Positions 1 through 11,309 of a stretch of DNA of 64,000 nucleotides are shown in pieces (positions within the stretch are counted from its first letter, which is position 1; each line of letters opens with the position of its first letter). A model generated the notes under the pieces. It saw only the letters and a program-made list of their open reading frames with translations, was not told the origin of the DNA and made no database searches. Made by a program: the position numbers and the translations under genes. The DNA is from Thermoanaerobaculia bacterium. Its GTDB lineage: Bacteria; Acidobacteriota; Thermoanaerobaculia; UBA5066. The DNA is taken from assembly GCA_963719225.1 (NCBI GenBank), contig CAVRAY010000002.1, positions 512,001-576,000 of the forward strand, written 5' to 3'.

Positions 1-474
1 CTGCGTGCCCGCGCCCACGCGGATCCCGAGGCCGTTCAGGACGAGGAGGGCGAGCATCAGCCCCAGCGAGACCCAGAGCACGCTCCTGCCGCCGCGCGGC
101 ACCGGCGGAAGGAGCAGTCCGACGAGGTATTCCGCCCCGATGAACGCGACTCCCGCCGCCCCCGCGCCCTGCATGAGCGTCTGCGCCCAGTTCAGGCTGA
201 ACGCGAGCGCCGGGTGGTAGCAGTCGGCGACGACGCGGTAGTAGCCGCCCGCGCGCGGATGCCTCGAGCCGATCTCCGCGAACACGAGCGCCCCGACGAG
301 GCTCACGAGGCCGCCGATTCCCCACGCGAGGAGGAAGAGGCCCTGGGTTCCCGTCGCGCGCGCCACGATCGCGGGCGTCCGGAAGATCCCGATGCCGACG
401 ACGAGGCTCACGACGACCATCGCCGTGTCGAACGTCCCGAGCCTGGCGTCGATCTTCTCGGAGTCCGCCTTCAC
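1..474 (-). CDS. APC-family amino acid permease (5' part; runs off window start)
   Basis: Manual translation from GTG 474: VKADSEKIDARLGTFDTAMVVVSLVVGIGIFRTP...FAEIGSRHPRAGGYY, typical APC TM1/TM2 motifs; start overlaps the stop of the upstream gene. Confidence 0.85.
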   Translation of the reverse strand, partial: MKADSEKIDARLGTFDTAMVVVSLVVGIGIFRTPAIVARATGTQGLFLLAWGIGGLVSLVGALVFAEIGSRHPRAGGYYRVVADCYHPALAFSLNWAQTLMQGAGAAGVAFIGAEYLVGLLLPPVPRGGRSVLWVSLGLMLALLVLNGLGIRVGAGTQ

Positions 475-1643
475 TTCAGGGCCTCGACGAGGAGACCCGC
501 GAGCCTGACGTACTGCTCCTCGGTGTTGTAGAGCTGCGCGGAGACGCGCACGAGCTTTCCGCGGCCGGCCGGCCAGTCGTAGAACCACGGCTCGGCGCCG
601 CGCACGCGCATCCAGTCCGCGAGCGCCTCCCGCCCGAGCTTCCGGGCGGGAGTCGTCGGCCCGGAGACGGGCAACGGCACCGACGCCATCGAGCCGAGCA
701 TCGATTCGGGCGCGGGCGCCGGAATGCCGAGGGTCGCGCAGATCGCCGCGCGCGCCTTCAGCGCGAGCGCATGGTTCGTCGCCATCAGCTCCGGCCAGCC
801 GCCGGGCAGAAGGCCGCCGAGATACGCGATGCAGTCGGGGATGCAGAGAGCGGCCGTGGGATCGGCCGTGCCCGTCCAGTCGAACTCGTCCTTGAAACGC
901 GTCTCGCCTCCGGCATAGCCGTGGCTGATCGAGACGGGATGCAGGCCCTTCTGCCGGTCCTTGCGCACGTGCAGAAACGCGGCGCCCTTCGGCGCGCAGA
1001 GCCACTTGTGGGCGTTCGCCGTGTAGTACGCCGCGCCGAGGCGCCCGAGATCGAGCGGAACCATCGCGAGCGCGTGCGCGCCGTCCACGAGCGTGTCCAC
1101 GCCGCGCGCGGAGAGCTCGGCGACGAGCCGCCCGATCGGGAAGACGAGCGCCGTCGGGCTTGTGACGTGATCCAGCATCGCGAGGCGCGTGTGAGGCGTG
1201 ACGCGCGAGAGAACGCCGGAAACGACCTCCTCCTCGGAACGCAGCGGAAAAGGAATCTCCGCCACCACGACGCGCGCGCCCGTCCGGGATGCCGCGTAGT
1301 CGAGCGTCTTCCTGCACGCGGCGTAGGCGTGGTCCGTCGTGAGGAGCTCGTCGCCGGGAGAGAACGGGAGCGAGCGGACGACCGCGTTGACGCCCGCCGT
1401 CGCGTTCGGGACGAAAGCGAGATCCTCGCCGTCCGCACCCACGAACGCCGCCAGCGCCCCGCGCGCGCCGGCGACCAGCTCCGGAAGCTCGCGGATGAAG
1501 AAGTCCACCGGCTCCCTCTCGAGCCGGCTCCTGAGCTCCGACTGCTTCGCGAGGATCGCCTTCGGGCACGCCCCGAACGAGCCGTGGTTCAGGTAGTCGA
1601 CCGCCGGGTCGAGGAGCCAAAGATCGGCCCAGGGATTCGTCAC
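471..1643 (-). CDS. Class V PLP aminotransferase (isopenicillin N epimerase/cysteine desulfurase-like)
   Basis: YLNHGSFG, VDGAH and ANAHKWLCAPKG motifs; GTG start at 1643 overlapping the Fic stop. Confidence 0.9.
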   Translation of the reverse strand: MTNPWADLWLLDPAVDYLNHGSFGACPKAILAKQSELRSRLEREPVDFFIRELPELVAGARGALAAFVGADGEDLAFVPNATAGVNAVVRSLPFSPGDELLTTDHAYAACRKTLDYAASRTGARVVVAEIPFPLRSEEEVVSGVLSRVTPHTRLAMLDHVTSPTALVFPIGRLVAELSARGVDTLVDGAHALAMVPLDLGRLGAAYYTANAHKWLCAPKGAAFLHVRKDRQKGLHPVSISHGYAGGETRFKDEFDWTGTADPTAALCIPDCIAYLGGLLPGGWPELMATNHALALKARAAICATLGIPAPAPESMLGSMASVPLPVSGPTTPARKLGREALADWMRVRGAEPWFYDWPAGRGKLVRVSAQLYNTEEQYVRLAGLLVEALK

Positions 1644-2800
1644 TGCTCGAGAACTCCGAGGATGCCGCGGGCCACGAAGACGCGGTTGCGCCCCCGCCCC
1701 GTGACCTCCGCGACGACGCCGGACTGAACGAGCTTCATGACGTTCAGCGTGGCGGCGCGGTGCGTGATCTTCAGCCGCTTCGCGGCCTGGGGGATCGTCA
1801 GGACAGGTGCCTCGAGGAGACCGTCCACGAGCTTCAGGAGCAGAGCCGACGACCGGGCGGACTCGAACTGCGCCCGATAGCGCTGGCGGAGGTCGAGGAG
1901 CGCTTTCGCGCGCCGGATCGCGTCGTGCGATTGCTCCTCGACGCCGGTCAGGAAGAACTCGATCCAGCGAGTCCAGGCTCCCTTGCGGCTCACGTCGAGC
2001 AGCAGCCGGTAGTAGTCCTTTCGCCGGCGCTCGAAGAACGCGCTGAGAGAAAGGAGAGGCTGGGCCAGGAGCCCCTCGCTCTGGAGAAGAAGGGAGATCA
2101 GGAGCCGTCCGACGCGGCCGTTCCCGTCGATGAACGGATGAATCGCCTCGAACTGGTAATGGACGAGCGCGATGCGGACGAGCGGCGGGAGCTCGGACGA
2201 GGCGTGTACGAACGACTCGAGGTCGCGGAGGCATCGCTCCATCGCGGCGACCGGCGGAGGCACGAAGACCGCATCGTCGAGCGGCGATTCCGGCGGGCCG
2301 ATCCAGTTCTGTCGCCTTCGAAACTCGCCCGGCGTCACGCCGGCTCCGCCGATTCCCTTCATCAGGCGCGCGTGAAGCTCCCGGAGGAGGCGGAGGCTCA
2401 CCGGGAGCGTCTCGAGGCGCGCGAGCCCGTCGTCGAGCGCCGCCACGTAATTCGCGACCTCACGGACGTCTTCCGGCGGGGTCGCGTCCGAGGATTTCGC
2501 GAACGCGGGACCGGACTCGAAGAAGAACAGGTCGGAAAGCGATGCCTGGGTGCCCTCGATCTGGCTCGAAAGAACGGCCTCGCGCCTGACGAGGGGCGCC
2601 ACGAGGAGCTGCGGGTTCGGCAACGTGCGCGCGGCGCCGGCCAGCTCGGCAAGCGCGCGGTCGGCACGCGAGACGGCCGAGCTCAGCGCCCACGTGGGCG
2701 CGAGTGGCGGCGGCAGCGGCCGCGGGACGAAGGCTTCGTAACCAACGGCGATGCGGACGAGCCGGCCCCAGCTGTCGGCCGAGAAATCGGAGGCTTTCAT
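1640..2800 (-). CDS. Fic family protein with C-terminal wHTH
   Basis: EAVLSSQIEGT and HPFIDGNGRVGR Fic motifs. Confidence 0.92.
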   Translation of the reverse strand: MKASDFSADSWGRLVRIAVGYEAFVPRPLPPPLAPTWALSSAVSRADRALAELAGAARTLPNPQLLVAPLVRREAVLSSQIEGTQASLSDLFFFESGPAFAKSSDATPPEDVREVANYVAALDDGLARLETLPVSLRLLRELHARLMKGIGGAGVTPGEFRRRQNWIGPPESPLDDAVFVPPPVAAMERCLRDLESFVHASSELPPLVRIALVHYQFEAIHPFIDGNGRVGRLLISLLLQSEGLLAQPLLSLSAFFERRRKDYYRLLLDVSRKGAWTRWIEFFLTGVEEQSHDAIRRAKALLDLRQRYRAQFESARSSALLLKLVDGLLEAPVLTIPQAAKRLKITHRAATLNVMKLVQSGVVAEVTGRGRNRVFVARGILGVLEQ

Positions 2801-2940
2801 TCCTGCGATACCTTGTTACGACCCGCTCATGGTAATGATACTTTAGGCGGTAAAAGTATCATAACGCTGCCCTCAACGTCATCGGGCATTCCTGATGACA
2901 TCTCCGGGGGTCCTTCCAAGAATGTAATCTGACCTCGGGT

Positions 2941-4289
2941 ATGAAGGCCGGAGCGTTCGCCCTCGTTCTCTCGCTTGCCGCCGTTGCCGGCGCACGGACC
3001 TTGCCTGCGCCCGTCGACCGCGCGGAGATGGCGCGGAGGGTCCGGGCCGAGATGCTCCATGCGTGGAAAGGCTACGAGGCGTACGCCTGGGGCCACGACG
3101 AGCTCAAGCCCCTGAGCGGGACAGCGCACGACTGGTACGGCCCGTCGCTCTTCATGACGCCCGTCGACGCGCTCGACACGCTCCTCCTCATGGGCCTCAC
3201 CGATGAGGCCGACAAGGCGAAGGCCCTCGTCCTCGCGAAGCTCGATTTCGACCGCGACATCTCCGTCAAGAACTTCGAGATCACGATCCGGCTCCTCGGG
3301 GGGCTGCTTTCGAGCTACCAGCTCACGGGTGACGCGCGGCTCCTCGCGCTGGCGGACGACCTTGGCAGGCGGCTGCTGCCCGCCTTCGACTCCCCGACGG
3401 GCATGCCATACGTGAACGTGAACCTAAGACGGGAAAGGCGAGCGGCAGGGTCTCCAACCCCGCCGAGATCGGGACGCTTCTCCTCGAGCTCGGCACGCTC
3501 TCGAAGCTCACGAGAAAGCCCGTCTATTACGACAAGGCGAAACACGCGCTCGTGACGCTCTACGGCCGGCGCTCGACTCTCGGCCTCGTCGGCGAGGAGA
3601 TCGACGTCGAGACGGGCGAGTGGAAGAGCCGGCAGAGCCACGTGGGCGGCGGCATCGATTCGTACTACGAGTACCTCCTCAAATGCGCGCGTCTCTTCGG
3701 CGACAAGGAATGCGACACGATGTGGAGGGACAGCGTTCGCGCCCTGAACACCCGCCTCGCCGACGACACGCGAAAGGGCCTGTGGTACGGGCAGGTCGAC
3801 ATGGAGACCGGCCGGCGGACCGCGTCCGAGTTCGGGGCCCTCCACGCGTTCCTCCCCGGGGTCCTCGCGCTGTCCGGCGATCTCGGGAGGCGCCCGCCGC
3901 CTCCAGGAGTCGTGCTTCAGGATGTGGACCCTTCACGGCATCGAGCCCGAGGTCCTCGACTACCGGGCGATGAAGGTCCTCGGCGCGGGCTACCAGCTCC
4001 GGCCCGAGATCATCGAGTCGGCGTACACCTCCATCGCGTCACGAAGGACCGGCGGTACCTCGAGATGGGCAGGACGTTCTTCGAAAGCCTCGTGAAGCAC
4101 TGCCGCACCGAGCGCGGCTACACGACGCTGAAGAGCGTCGTCACGAAGGAGAAGGGCGACCTCATGCCCAGCTACTTCCTCGCCGAAACGCTCAAGTACC
4201 TCTACCTTCTTTTCGCTCCCGACGAGACGCTCGACTTCGGCACCGTCGTCTTCAACACCGAGGCCCATCCCCTGAAACGGACGTGGTGA
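2941..4289 (+). CDS. Glycoside hydrolase family 47 alpha-1,2-mannosidase (frameshifted in this sequence)
   Basis: AWGHDELKP, FEITIRLLGGLLS, DSYYEYLLK, SYFLAETLKYLYLLF and NTEAHP spread over frames; signal peptide. Confidence 0.88.
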
Positions 4290-4338
4290 CCGAACCGTAC
4301 GTCTCGTGAAATACTCCCGCACCCCCACGGGAAGTTCC

Positions 4339-7226
4339 ATGAAGAGAGTCCTCGCCAGCCTCGTCCTCCTCGCGGCCGCGTCGCTCGCGCCCGCGAACGA
4401 CATGCTCGTGTCGACCGACTGGCTCGCCGAGCACCGGGGCGAGGAGAACCTCGTCCTCCTGCACGTCGGGGTGCCCGCCGACTTCGAGAAGGAGCACATT
4501 CCCGGCGCGATCCCCGTGAACCCGCAGGACCTCTCGTTCCCGCGCTCCGAGGGCGCTCTCGTCCTCCAGCTCCTTCCTCCCGACCAGCTCCGCGCGAAGC
4601 TCGAGGGCTACGGCATCGGCGACGACTCGCGCATCGTCGTCTACTTCGCGAAGGACTGGGTCTCGCCGACCACGCGCGTCTACTTCAGCCTCGATGCGGC
4701 CGGCCTCGGCGCGAGGACCTCCATTCTCGACGGGGGCATGCCGGCGTGGAAAGCCGAGGGCGGAACGGTCGTCGCGTCGGTGAACGACCCCGCGTCGGCC
4801 ATCCAGAGGAAGCCCGGGAAGATCACGGCCCGGCCGCATCCCGAGCTCGTGGTCGATCTCGAATACGTGAAGGCGAATCTCGGCACGCCCGGCGTCACGC
4901 TCGTCGACGCGCGCAACACGAGGTTCTTCCTCGGCACCGAGGCGGGCGCGATGCCGCGCGCCGGCCACATCCCAGGCGCGAAGAGCCTGCCGTTCGACAC
5001 CCTCGTCACCGACGACGACCGGATGAAGAGCCCCGCCGACACGGCGAGGCTGCTGGCGGCCGCGGGCGTCAAACCGGGCGACACCGTCGTGAGCTATTGC
5101 CACATCGGGCAGCAGGCCAGCGTCGTGTACTTCGCGGCCAAGCGCCTCGGCTACAAGGCGCGCCTGTACGACGGCTCGTGGGACGAGTGGAGCCGGAAGA
5201 GCGAGCTGCCGATCGAGAAGAACGGCTCGAGCTCCCCGGTCGCCGCCGCTTCCGCAGCCGCGGCGCCTCAGCCGATGCCGGCGGCGCCCGCGCCCGTTCC
5301 CGAGCGCGTCGCCGCCGACACGCCGAAGACGACGCCCGGCGGCACGCAACTTCAAGGCGCCCGCCGGCTGGACGATCACGACGAAGGGCCCGATGGTCGT
5401 CCTCGAGCCGCCGGAACCCGACATGCACGTCGCGATCGTGGACGTCGAGGCGAAGGACGCCGACGCCGCGGTCGCCGCGGGCTGGGCCGCCTTCCAGCCG
5501 GACTTCAAGCGGCCCTTGAAGATCGCGCAGCCCGCGGCGGCGCGCGACGGCTGGGACGAACGGCGCGGCTACGTCTACGAGACCTCGCCGAACGAAAAGC
5601 TGACCGTCTTCGCCCTCGCCTGGCGCGCCGGCAAGGTCTGGACCGTGACGCTCGTCGACGCCGCCGACGCGACGATGGAAAAGCGCGGCGGACCGGTCTC
5701 GCTGATCGTGAGCAGCCTGCGACCGAAGGGCTACGCGCGCGAGACGTTCGCGGGAAAGAAGGCGCACCCGGTCGACGCGAAGATGATCGCGGCTCTGAAG
5801 GACTTTCTCTCGACGGGGATGAAGCTCTTCGACGTTCCCGGCGTCGGCTTCAGCCTCATCGACGGCGGGAAGGTCGTCACCGAGGGCGGGCTCGGCGTCA
5901 AGGATCTGGGGGTGCCGGACCCGGTGAACGCGAACACGCTCTTCGCGATCGCGTCGAACACGAAGGCGCTCACGACGCTCCTCCTCGCGGAGCTCGTCGA
6001 CGAGAAGAAGCTGCGCTGGGACGAGCCCGTCACGGAGGCCTACCCCGCGTTCAAGCTCGGCGACGCCGCGACGACGAAGCACGTCCTCGTCGAGCACCTC
6101 ATCTGCGCCTGCACCGGCATGCCGCGCCAGGACTACGAGTGGCTCTTCGAGTTCGCGAACGCGACGCCGGCGTCGGCGCTCGGCGATGCTCGGCTCCATG
6201 CAGCCGACGAGCAAGTTCGGCGAGGTCTTCCAGTACAGCAACCTCATGGCGGCGGCGGCTGGATACGTCGGCGGCTCGATCGCGTATCCCGGCAAGGAGC
6301 TCGGTGCCGCGTACGACAAGGCGATGCAGAAGAGGGTCTTCGGCCCGCTCGGCATGAAGCACACGACGTTCGACTTCAAGAGGGCCCTGAGAGGCGACGT
6401 CGCGCAGCCGCACGGCGAAGACGTGGACGGCAACCCGGCGCGCGCGCGGATGGACCCGAACAAGTCGCTCGTCCCGGTGCGCCCCGCGGGCGGCGCCTTC
6501 TCGAGCGCGCACGACCTTTCGAAGTACGTGGAGATGGAGCTCGCGAAGGGCCTCCTGCCGAACGGCAAGCGGCTCGTCTCCGAGGAGAACCTCCTGGCCC
6601 GCCGCGCGCCGCACGTCATCGTCGGCGACGACGTCACGTACGGCATGGGCCTCTTCGTCGACAAGAGGTGGGGGATCCCGGTCGTGCACCACGGAGGCTC
6701 CCTCTTCGGCTACAAGAGCGACATGATCTGGCTGCCCGAGCACGGCGTCGGCGCCGTCCTTCTGACGAACTCGGATTCCGGGTACTCGCTCCTGGGCCCG
6801 TTCCAGCGCCGGCTCCTCGAGCTGCTCTTCGACGGAAAGCCCGAGGCCGAGGAGCTGCTCCGCGTCAACGCCGTCCAGAGAAAAGCCGCCATCGCGAAGG
6901 AGCGCGAGCGCCTCGTCGTCCCGGCCGACGCCGCCGAGGCCGCGAAGCTCGCGCCCCGCTACGCCAACGCCGCGCTCGGCGAGGTGATCGTGAAAAAGGG
7001 ACCTGGCGGCGCCGTCGTCTTCGACGCCGGGGAGTGGTACAGCACCGTGGCCTCCCGCAAGAACGACGACGGGACCGTCTCCTTCATCACGATCGACCCG
7101 TCGATCTCCGGCTTCGAGTTCGTCGTCGCCGACAAGGACGGCAAGCGCGCGCTCGTCGCCCGCGACGCCCAGCACGAGTACGTGTTCAACGAGCTCGAGG
7201 TCGAGAAAGGCGCGGCGAAGCAATGA
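4339..7226 (+). CDS. Secreted tandem-rhodanese sulfurtransferase apparently fused to a beta-lactamase-like serine hydrolase (two frameshifts)
   Basis: GHIPGA x2, YCHIGQQAS, YDGSWDEW; Pro/Ala linker; then FAIASNTK (SxxK), YSN and HHGG; frameshifts near 5350 and 6185. Confidence 0.7.
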
Positions 7227-7248
7227 GCGTGCGGGCGGCACGCCCGTT

Positions 7249-7674
7249 TCAGCGACGCCTGCCCTTCGCCCGTGCGCGCGGCCGCGGCTTCGCCTTCGTC
7301 GGGCGGGCCGCGGACGCGCCTTTCGCCGCGATCTTCTTCGCAGACTGGCGTGCCGCGACGTCCGCGTATCCCTCGAGCACGAGGCCCGCGATGACCTTCC
7401 AGTCGAGCCCGCTCTCGAGGCGGATGCCGACCCAGCCGGCCGTGCCGACATAGGGCGGCACGTAGAAGTGCTCGGGGCTCGACGTGACGAGCTCTTCCTG
7501 GGCGCCCTCCGGCAGCTTGAGCCACAGCCCGGCGAAGCCGACACCGTGGTGGTCGTCCGCGAACATCGCGAACTGCCGCTCGCCGACGCGAAAGGTCGGC
7601 GCGCTCCACGCGACCTTCTCGTACGCGCCGGGCAGCGCGAGACAGATTTTTCGGACGCGGTCGAGGAGCGTCAT
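7249..7674 (-). CDS. MmcQ/YjbR family DNA-binding protein
   Basis: RKICLALPGA..PTFRV..FYVPPYVGTAGWVG; Lys/Arg-rich tail. Confidence 0.85.
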   Translation of the reverse strand: MTLLDRVRKICLALPGAYEKVAWSAPTFRVGERQFAMFADDHHGVGFAGLWLKLPEGAQEELVTSSPEHFYVPPYVGTAGWVGIRLESGLDWKVIAGLVLEGYADVAARQSAKKIAAKGASAARPTKAKPRPRARAKGRRR

Positions 7675-7903
7675 CGGAGGGGCAGCATAGTCGATAGAAT
7701 TCCCCTCATGAATCGCGGCCCGAAGGTTCAGCGCGTCACCGTCGCGTGACACGGCTTCCGAGGCCCACAGGCAAAGAGCTCCTCACGGTCGCGCTGCGCC
7801 CCCATCCGTCGCAAGGTCGGCCGAGGGTTTCACAAGGGAGACGTAACGCTGTCCCATCGTAGAGACGCAGCAGCGGGTACCGGGGTTGCAACATCGTTGC
7901 GAC

Positions 7904-9640
7904 ATGAAGTGGGCCCTCCGGCTCGCCTTCGCAATCGGCCTCGCGCTGGCGCCGCGGGCCTGGGCCGGAGACACGTTCGAGGCGATCCTGGTCGGCTCCA
8001 ACGAGGTTCCCGGCCCCGGGATCTCCGAAGGCAGCTTCGATGCGGTCGTGGTCCTCGAGGGGACGAAAGTCACCCTGACCCTGACGCCGAAGGGGATCAG
8101 GGGCTGGATGTCCGCACACATCCACAAGGGAGCCGCGGGCGTCGACGGCAAGCTGGTAACGGAGTTTCCCTGGGAATCGGGCGACGGCTCGCCGCGCCGG
8201 TACGTCGGCTCGGTCTCCGAAAAGGTCGCAGTCGACATGGCCGCGAATCCCGGGAAGTACTACGTGCACGTCCATCTCCCGAACTTTCCGGCCGGGGGAG
8301 CTCGAGGGCAGCTCGCCGCGCACCCGAACACGGAGCCTACCCAGCCCCCGTTGCTCGCGCAGGTCCAGGCAATGGGGCAGCGCCCTCTCCCGCCTGGACC
8401 GGGGATTTCGCGGGCCTTCCCGGGTCCCGGCGTAGGCGGGACCGAGTCGGTGGCGTACGCGTCTCGTCCGCAATTCCGGTCTCCCTCAGCGTCGACTTAC
8501 GCGTTCTTCTTTAACCGCCTCGCGGACCTCGACGAGGCCGCCGGCGACGACGAAGCAGCGGGCCTCGACCCCAACGCTGCTGAAAAGCGCCAGCGCGAAA
8601 CGCGAGCCGCGGGGCTCACGGAAAGGGAAGGGACGATCCTGAAAGAGGTCGCGTTCGACTGCAACCGGGCTCTCGCGCCTTTGGAAGCGAAGCTTCAGGC
8701 ATCGAGGGATGGTGGCCTCTGGCAGGAAGCAAGTCGGCTTTGGGACGAGAGAAGCCGCATCGCCGAACCGTACGTCGTTCGCCTGCGGGCACGCCTCGGC
8801 GAAGCCGCCTTCGCGAATCTCGACACCTACGTCGGAGACCACTTCGGGGCGATGCCGGACCCGCCGCAGACGCCCGTGCCCGCCTCGAGACGCGCCCAGA
8901 CCATCAACTTCTTACCCGCGAGGTCCAGGGTCTACCGGGACGGTGACTTCAGGCTGGACGCCTCCGCGAGCTCGGGGCTCCGCGTCTTCTTCACCGGGTC
9001 CGGCGACTGCACGGTGTACGGCTCGACCGTCCACATCCTCTCGGCCGGCAAGTGCTGGGTGACCGCGCACCAGCCCGGCGACGCGCGATTCGAAGCGGCG
9101 CCGGACGTCGACCAGCTGATTCCGATCGCGAAAGCGGGCCAGGGGATCGCCGGCGCCCCGCCGGAATTCAAGACGTACCTCGATCCCGACTTCCCGCTCG
9201 ATATGTCCGCGACGTCTGGGCTTTCCGTCGTCTTCTTCGCCTGGGGCGATTGCGCCGTCAACGGGCCTTACATCCACATCACCGGAGCGGGCAGCTGCTC
9301 GCTGACGGCGCACCAGCCCGGCGACTCGAACTACCTGGCGGCACGCATCGTCGACGGACAGTTCCCGATCGCCAAGGCCGACCAGACGATCGACTTTTCG
9401 GATCCCCCGAATCCGTACTACGGCAACGTCGACTTCCAGCTTTACGCGCGCGCCTCCTCGGGCCTGCCGGTCGTCTTCAGCGCTTCGGGCGTGTGCACGA
9501 TGGCCGCTACCTCCTCGATACACGTCATCGACTCGGGAGAGTGCTCGGTGACCGTGGACCAGGCGGGCGACAGGAACTTCAACGCGGCACCCTCCGTGAA
9601 GAAAACGTTCCAGATCGTCGTCCCGCCCCCGCCGACCTAG
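7904..9640 (+). CDS. Secreted CHRD-domain protein with three C-terminal Ig-like repeats
   Basis: Signal peptide; CHRD motifs AHIHKG and YVHVH..FPAGGARGQL; three repeats of the type QTI.F...A.ASSGL.V.F...G.C...H....G.C..TA.Q.GD. Confidence 0.75.
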   Translation: MKWALRLAFAIGLALAPRAWAGDTFEAILVGSNEVPGPGISEGSFDAVVVLEGTKVTLTLTPKGIRGWMSAHIHKGAAGVDGKLVTEFPWESGDGSPRRYVGSVSEKVAVDMAANPGKYYVHVHLPNFPAGGARGQLAAHPNTEPTQPPLLAQVQAMGQRPLPPGPGISRAFPGPGVGGTESVAYASRPQFRSPSASTYAFFFNRLADLDEAAGDDEAAGLDPNAAEKRQRETRAAGLTEREGTILKEVAFDCNRALAPLEAKLQASRDGGLWQEASRLWDERSRIAEPYVVRLRARLGEAAFANLDTYVGDHFGAMPDPPQTPVPASRRAQTINFLPARSRVYRDGDFRLDASASSGLRVFFTGSGDCTVYGSTVHILSAGKCWVTAHQPGDARFEAAPDVDQLIPIAKAGQGIAGAPPEFKTYLDPDFPLDMSATSGLSVVFFAWGDCAVNGPYIHITGAGSCSLTAHQPGDSNYLAARIVDGQFPIAKADQTIDFSDPPNPYYGNVDFQLYARASSGLPVVFSASGVCTMAATSSIHVIDSGECSVTVDQAGDRNFNAAPSVKKTFQIVVPPPPT

Positions 9641-9688
9641 GCTTACCGCGACTTGCGTGTTAGCCATGAGTCAGTATTTAATACATAC

Positions 9689-9934
9689 ATGAAGCGCAAG
9701 CTCGTCCAGGCCGGCAGCTCTCTCGCCGTGACGCTCCCCGCGGAGGTCGTCCACGCCTTCGGCCTCGAAAAAGGCCAGGAGGTGGACGTCACGGTTCATC
9801 CCGTCAGCGGCGCCGTCATCGTGCGTGCCGGCACCGCGCACTACGAGGACGGCGAGGTCACGCCCCGATTCCGTCGGACCGTCGCCTCTCTCCTGAAAAG
9901 GCGCGCTTCGGTCTACCGAGCCCTCGCGAAGTGA
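9689..9934 (+). CDS. AbrB/MazE-type antitoxin
   Basis: MKRKLVQAGSSLAVTLP signature; coupled to Doc gene. Confidence 0.85.
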   Translation: MKRKLVQAGSSLAVTLPAEVVHAFGLEKGQEVDVTVHPVSGAVIVRAGTAHYEDGEVTPRFRRTVASLLKRRASVYRALAK

Positions 9935-10323
9935 TCGTCACCCTCTCGGCGGGCCAGCTCGTCGCCCTTCACGGCGAGTTGATGAAGGCCTTCGGCGGGC
10001 GCCGGGGCCTGCGGGACCGCGGAGCCCTCGAGGCAGCCGCCGCGCGACCGGGCATGACGTTCGACGGTGAGGATCTCTATCCCGACCTCGCCGCGAAGGC
10101 GGCGGCGCTCATGCACTCGCTCGTCGTGAACCACGGCTTCGTGGACGGGAACAAGCGCGTCGGCGCGGCGGCGGCCGAGCTCGTGGTGGAGGTCAACGGC
10201 TACCGCCTCCGGGCGGAGGACTCCGACCTCGAGAAGATCACGTTCTCCGTGGCCCGGGGCGAGCTGTCCGCCGAAGCGCTCGCAATCTGGTTTCGCCAGA
10301 GGCTCGAGCCTGCCGAGGAGTGA
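9931..10323 (+). CDS. doc: Death-on-curing (Doc) toxin
   Basis: NHGFVDGNKR motif; GLRDRGALE. Confidence 0.9.
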   Translation: MIVTLSAGQLVALHGELMKAFGGRRGLRDRGALEAAAARPGMTFDGEDLYPDLAAKAAALMHSLVVNHGFVDGNKRVGAAAAELVVEVNGYRLRAEDSDLEKITFSVARGELSAEALAIWFRQRLEPAEE

Positions 10324-10376
10324 CGGACTCTGTTACTGCGCGACCTTCCGTCCCGAGAGGAGCGGCAGCTTCTCCG

Positions 10377-10583
10377 TCAAACGGAGATGTCCACCTGGTG
10401 GACGGCGACGGTCAGCGGCATTCCCTTCTCGGTTCTGACCTCGAGGCACTCGCGGATGGCGTTCTCGATGTTCTTCAGGGCCTCCGTCTCGGTGACGCCC
10501 TGGCTGACACACCCGGGAATCGCCGGACACTCGGCGACGAAGAACCCGTCCTCATCGCGGTCGACGGTCACGACAAACTTCAT
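10377..10583 (-). CDS. hicB: HicB family antitoxin (orphan)
   Basis: DEDGFFVAECPAIPGCVSQGVTETEALKNI. Confidence 0.85.
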   Translation of the reverse strand: MKFVVTVDRDEDGFFVAECPAIPGCVSQGVTETEALKNIENAIRECLEVRTEKGMPLTVAVHQVDISV

Positions 10584-10591
10584 ACGGTAGA

Positions 10592-10646
10592 CCCTCAGCA
10601 ACTCCGAAACGGCGGGGGAGAGAGCGTTATCGACGAAAAACTTCAC
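10592..10646 (-). pseudogene. DUF5615 PIN-toxin N-terminal remnant fused in frame to hicB
   Basis: MKFFVDNALSPAVSELLR directly after the DUF433 gene; rest of gene absent. Confidence 0.65.
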
Positions 10647-10873
10647 GCACCGACCGACAGCGGGAGCTCGCGCTCCCGAACCGCTTCGGCGGCATACCGC
10701 AGGGCCTCACGGACATCTTCCTCGACGAGATCCGGAAACGCCTTGAGAATCTCGGCGGTCGTCATCCCGTCCGCCACCATCCCTACGACCGTGGCTACCG
10801 GGATCCGCAAGCCACGGATGGTCGGAACTCCACCCATCTGGTCGGAATTGACGGTGATGCGAGCGAACGTCAC
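10643..10873 (-). CDS. DUF433 antitoxin
   Basis: RITVNSDQMGGVPTIRGLRIPV...FPDLVEEDVREAL. Confidence 0.88.
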   Translation of the reverse strand: MTFARITVNSDQMGGVPTIRGLRIPVATVVGMVADGMTTAEILKAFPDLVEEDVREALRYAAEAVRERELPLSVGA

Positions 10874-10946
10874 GGCGGTTCTCCTTACGACGTTCATTCT
10901 AGCTCCCACCCTAGCCGCAATCAGCTCGATGCGCGCAGGTCCACCG

Positions 10947-10965
10947 ATATCAGATCTGATATACT
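10947..10965 (+). promoter_or_regulatory. Putative TA operator overlapping a -10 box
   Basis: Perfect 16-bp palindrome ATATCAGATCTGATAT overlapping TATACT, just upstream of the toxin start. Confidence 0.6.
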
Positions 10966-10971
10966 CGTTGC

Positions 10972-11309
10972 GTGGCGAAGGCGCTTCGGATTCTCCACGG
11001 CGTAATCAAGACGCCGCCGATGTCCATCGAAGCCAGGAGGGAGGTCGGCTTCCTTTTGCGGCAGCTACAGGAGGGAATCGCGCTTCCCTGCCAGCATCGC
11101 GGCCGATGCCGGAGATCGAGAGCAGATGTCACGAGCTTAGAGTCAAGGACGAGAGTCATGACTGGAGAGTCGTCTACGCGGTCGAGCGAGATGCAATCCT
11201 GATCCTCGAAGTCTTCGAAAAGGGCTCGAGGAAGACCCCGAGACAAGCAAAGGAAGTCTGTCGCAGGCGCGTCCGCGAATATCGGCGACTAATTCGGGAG
11301 GAAGAATGA
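10972..11309 (+). pseudogene. RelE/ParE (Gp49-like) toxin, frameshifted
   Basis: IKTPPMSIEARREVGFLLRQLQEG, then in another frame SRPMPEIESRCHELRV..WRVVY..VFEK; paralog of 35846-36178. Confidence 0.8.
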
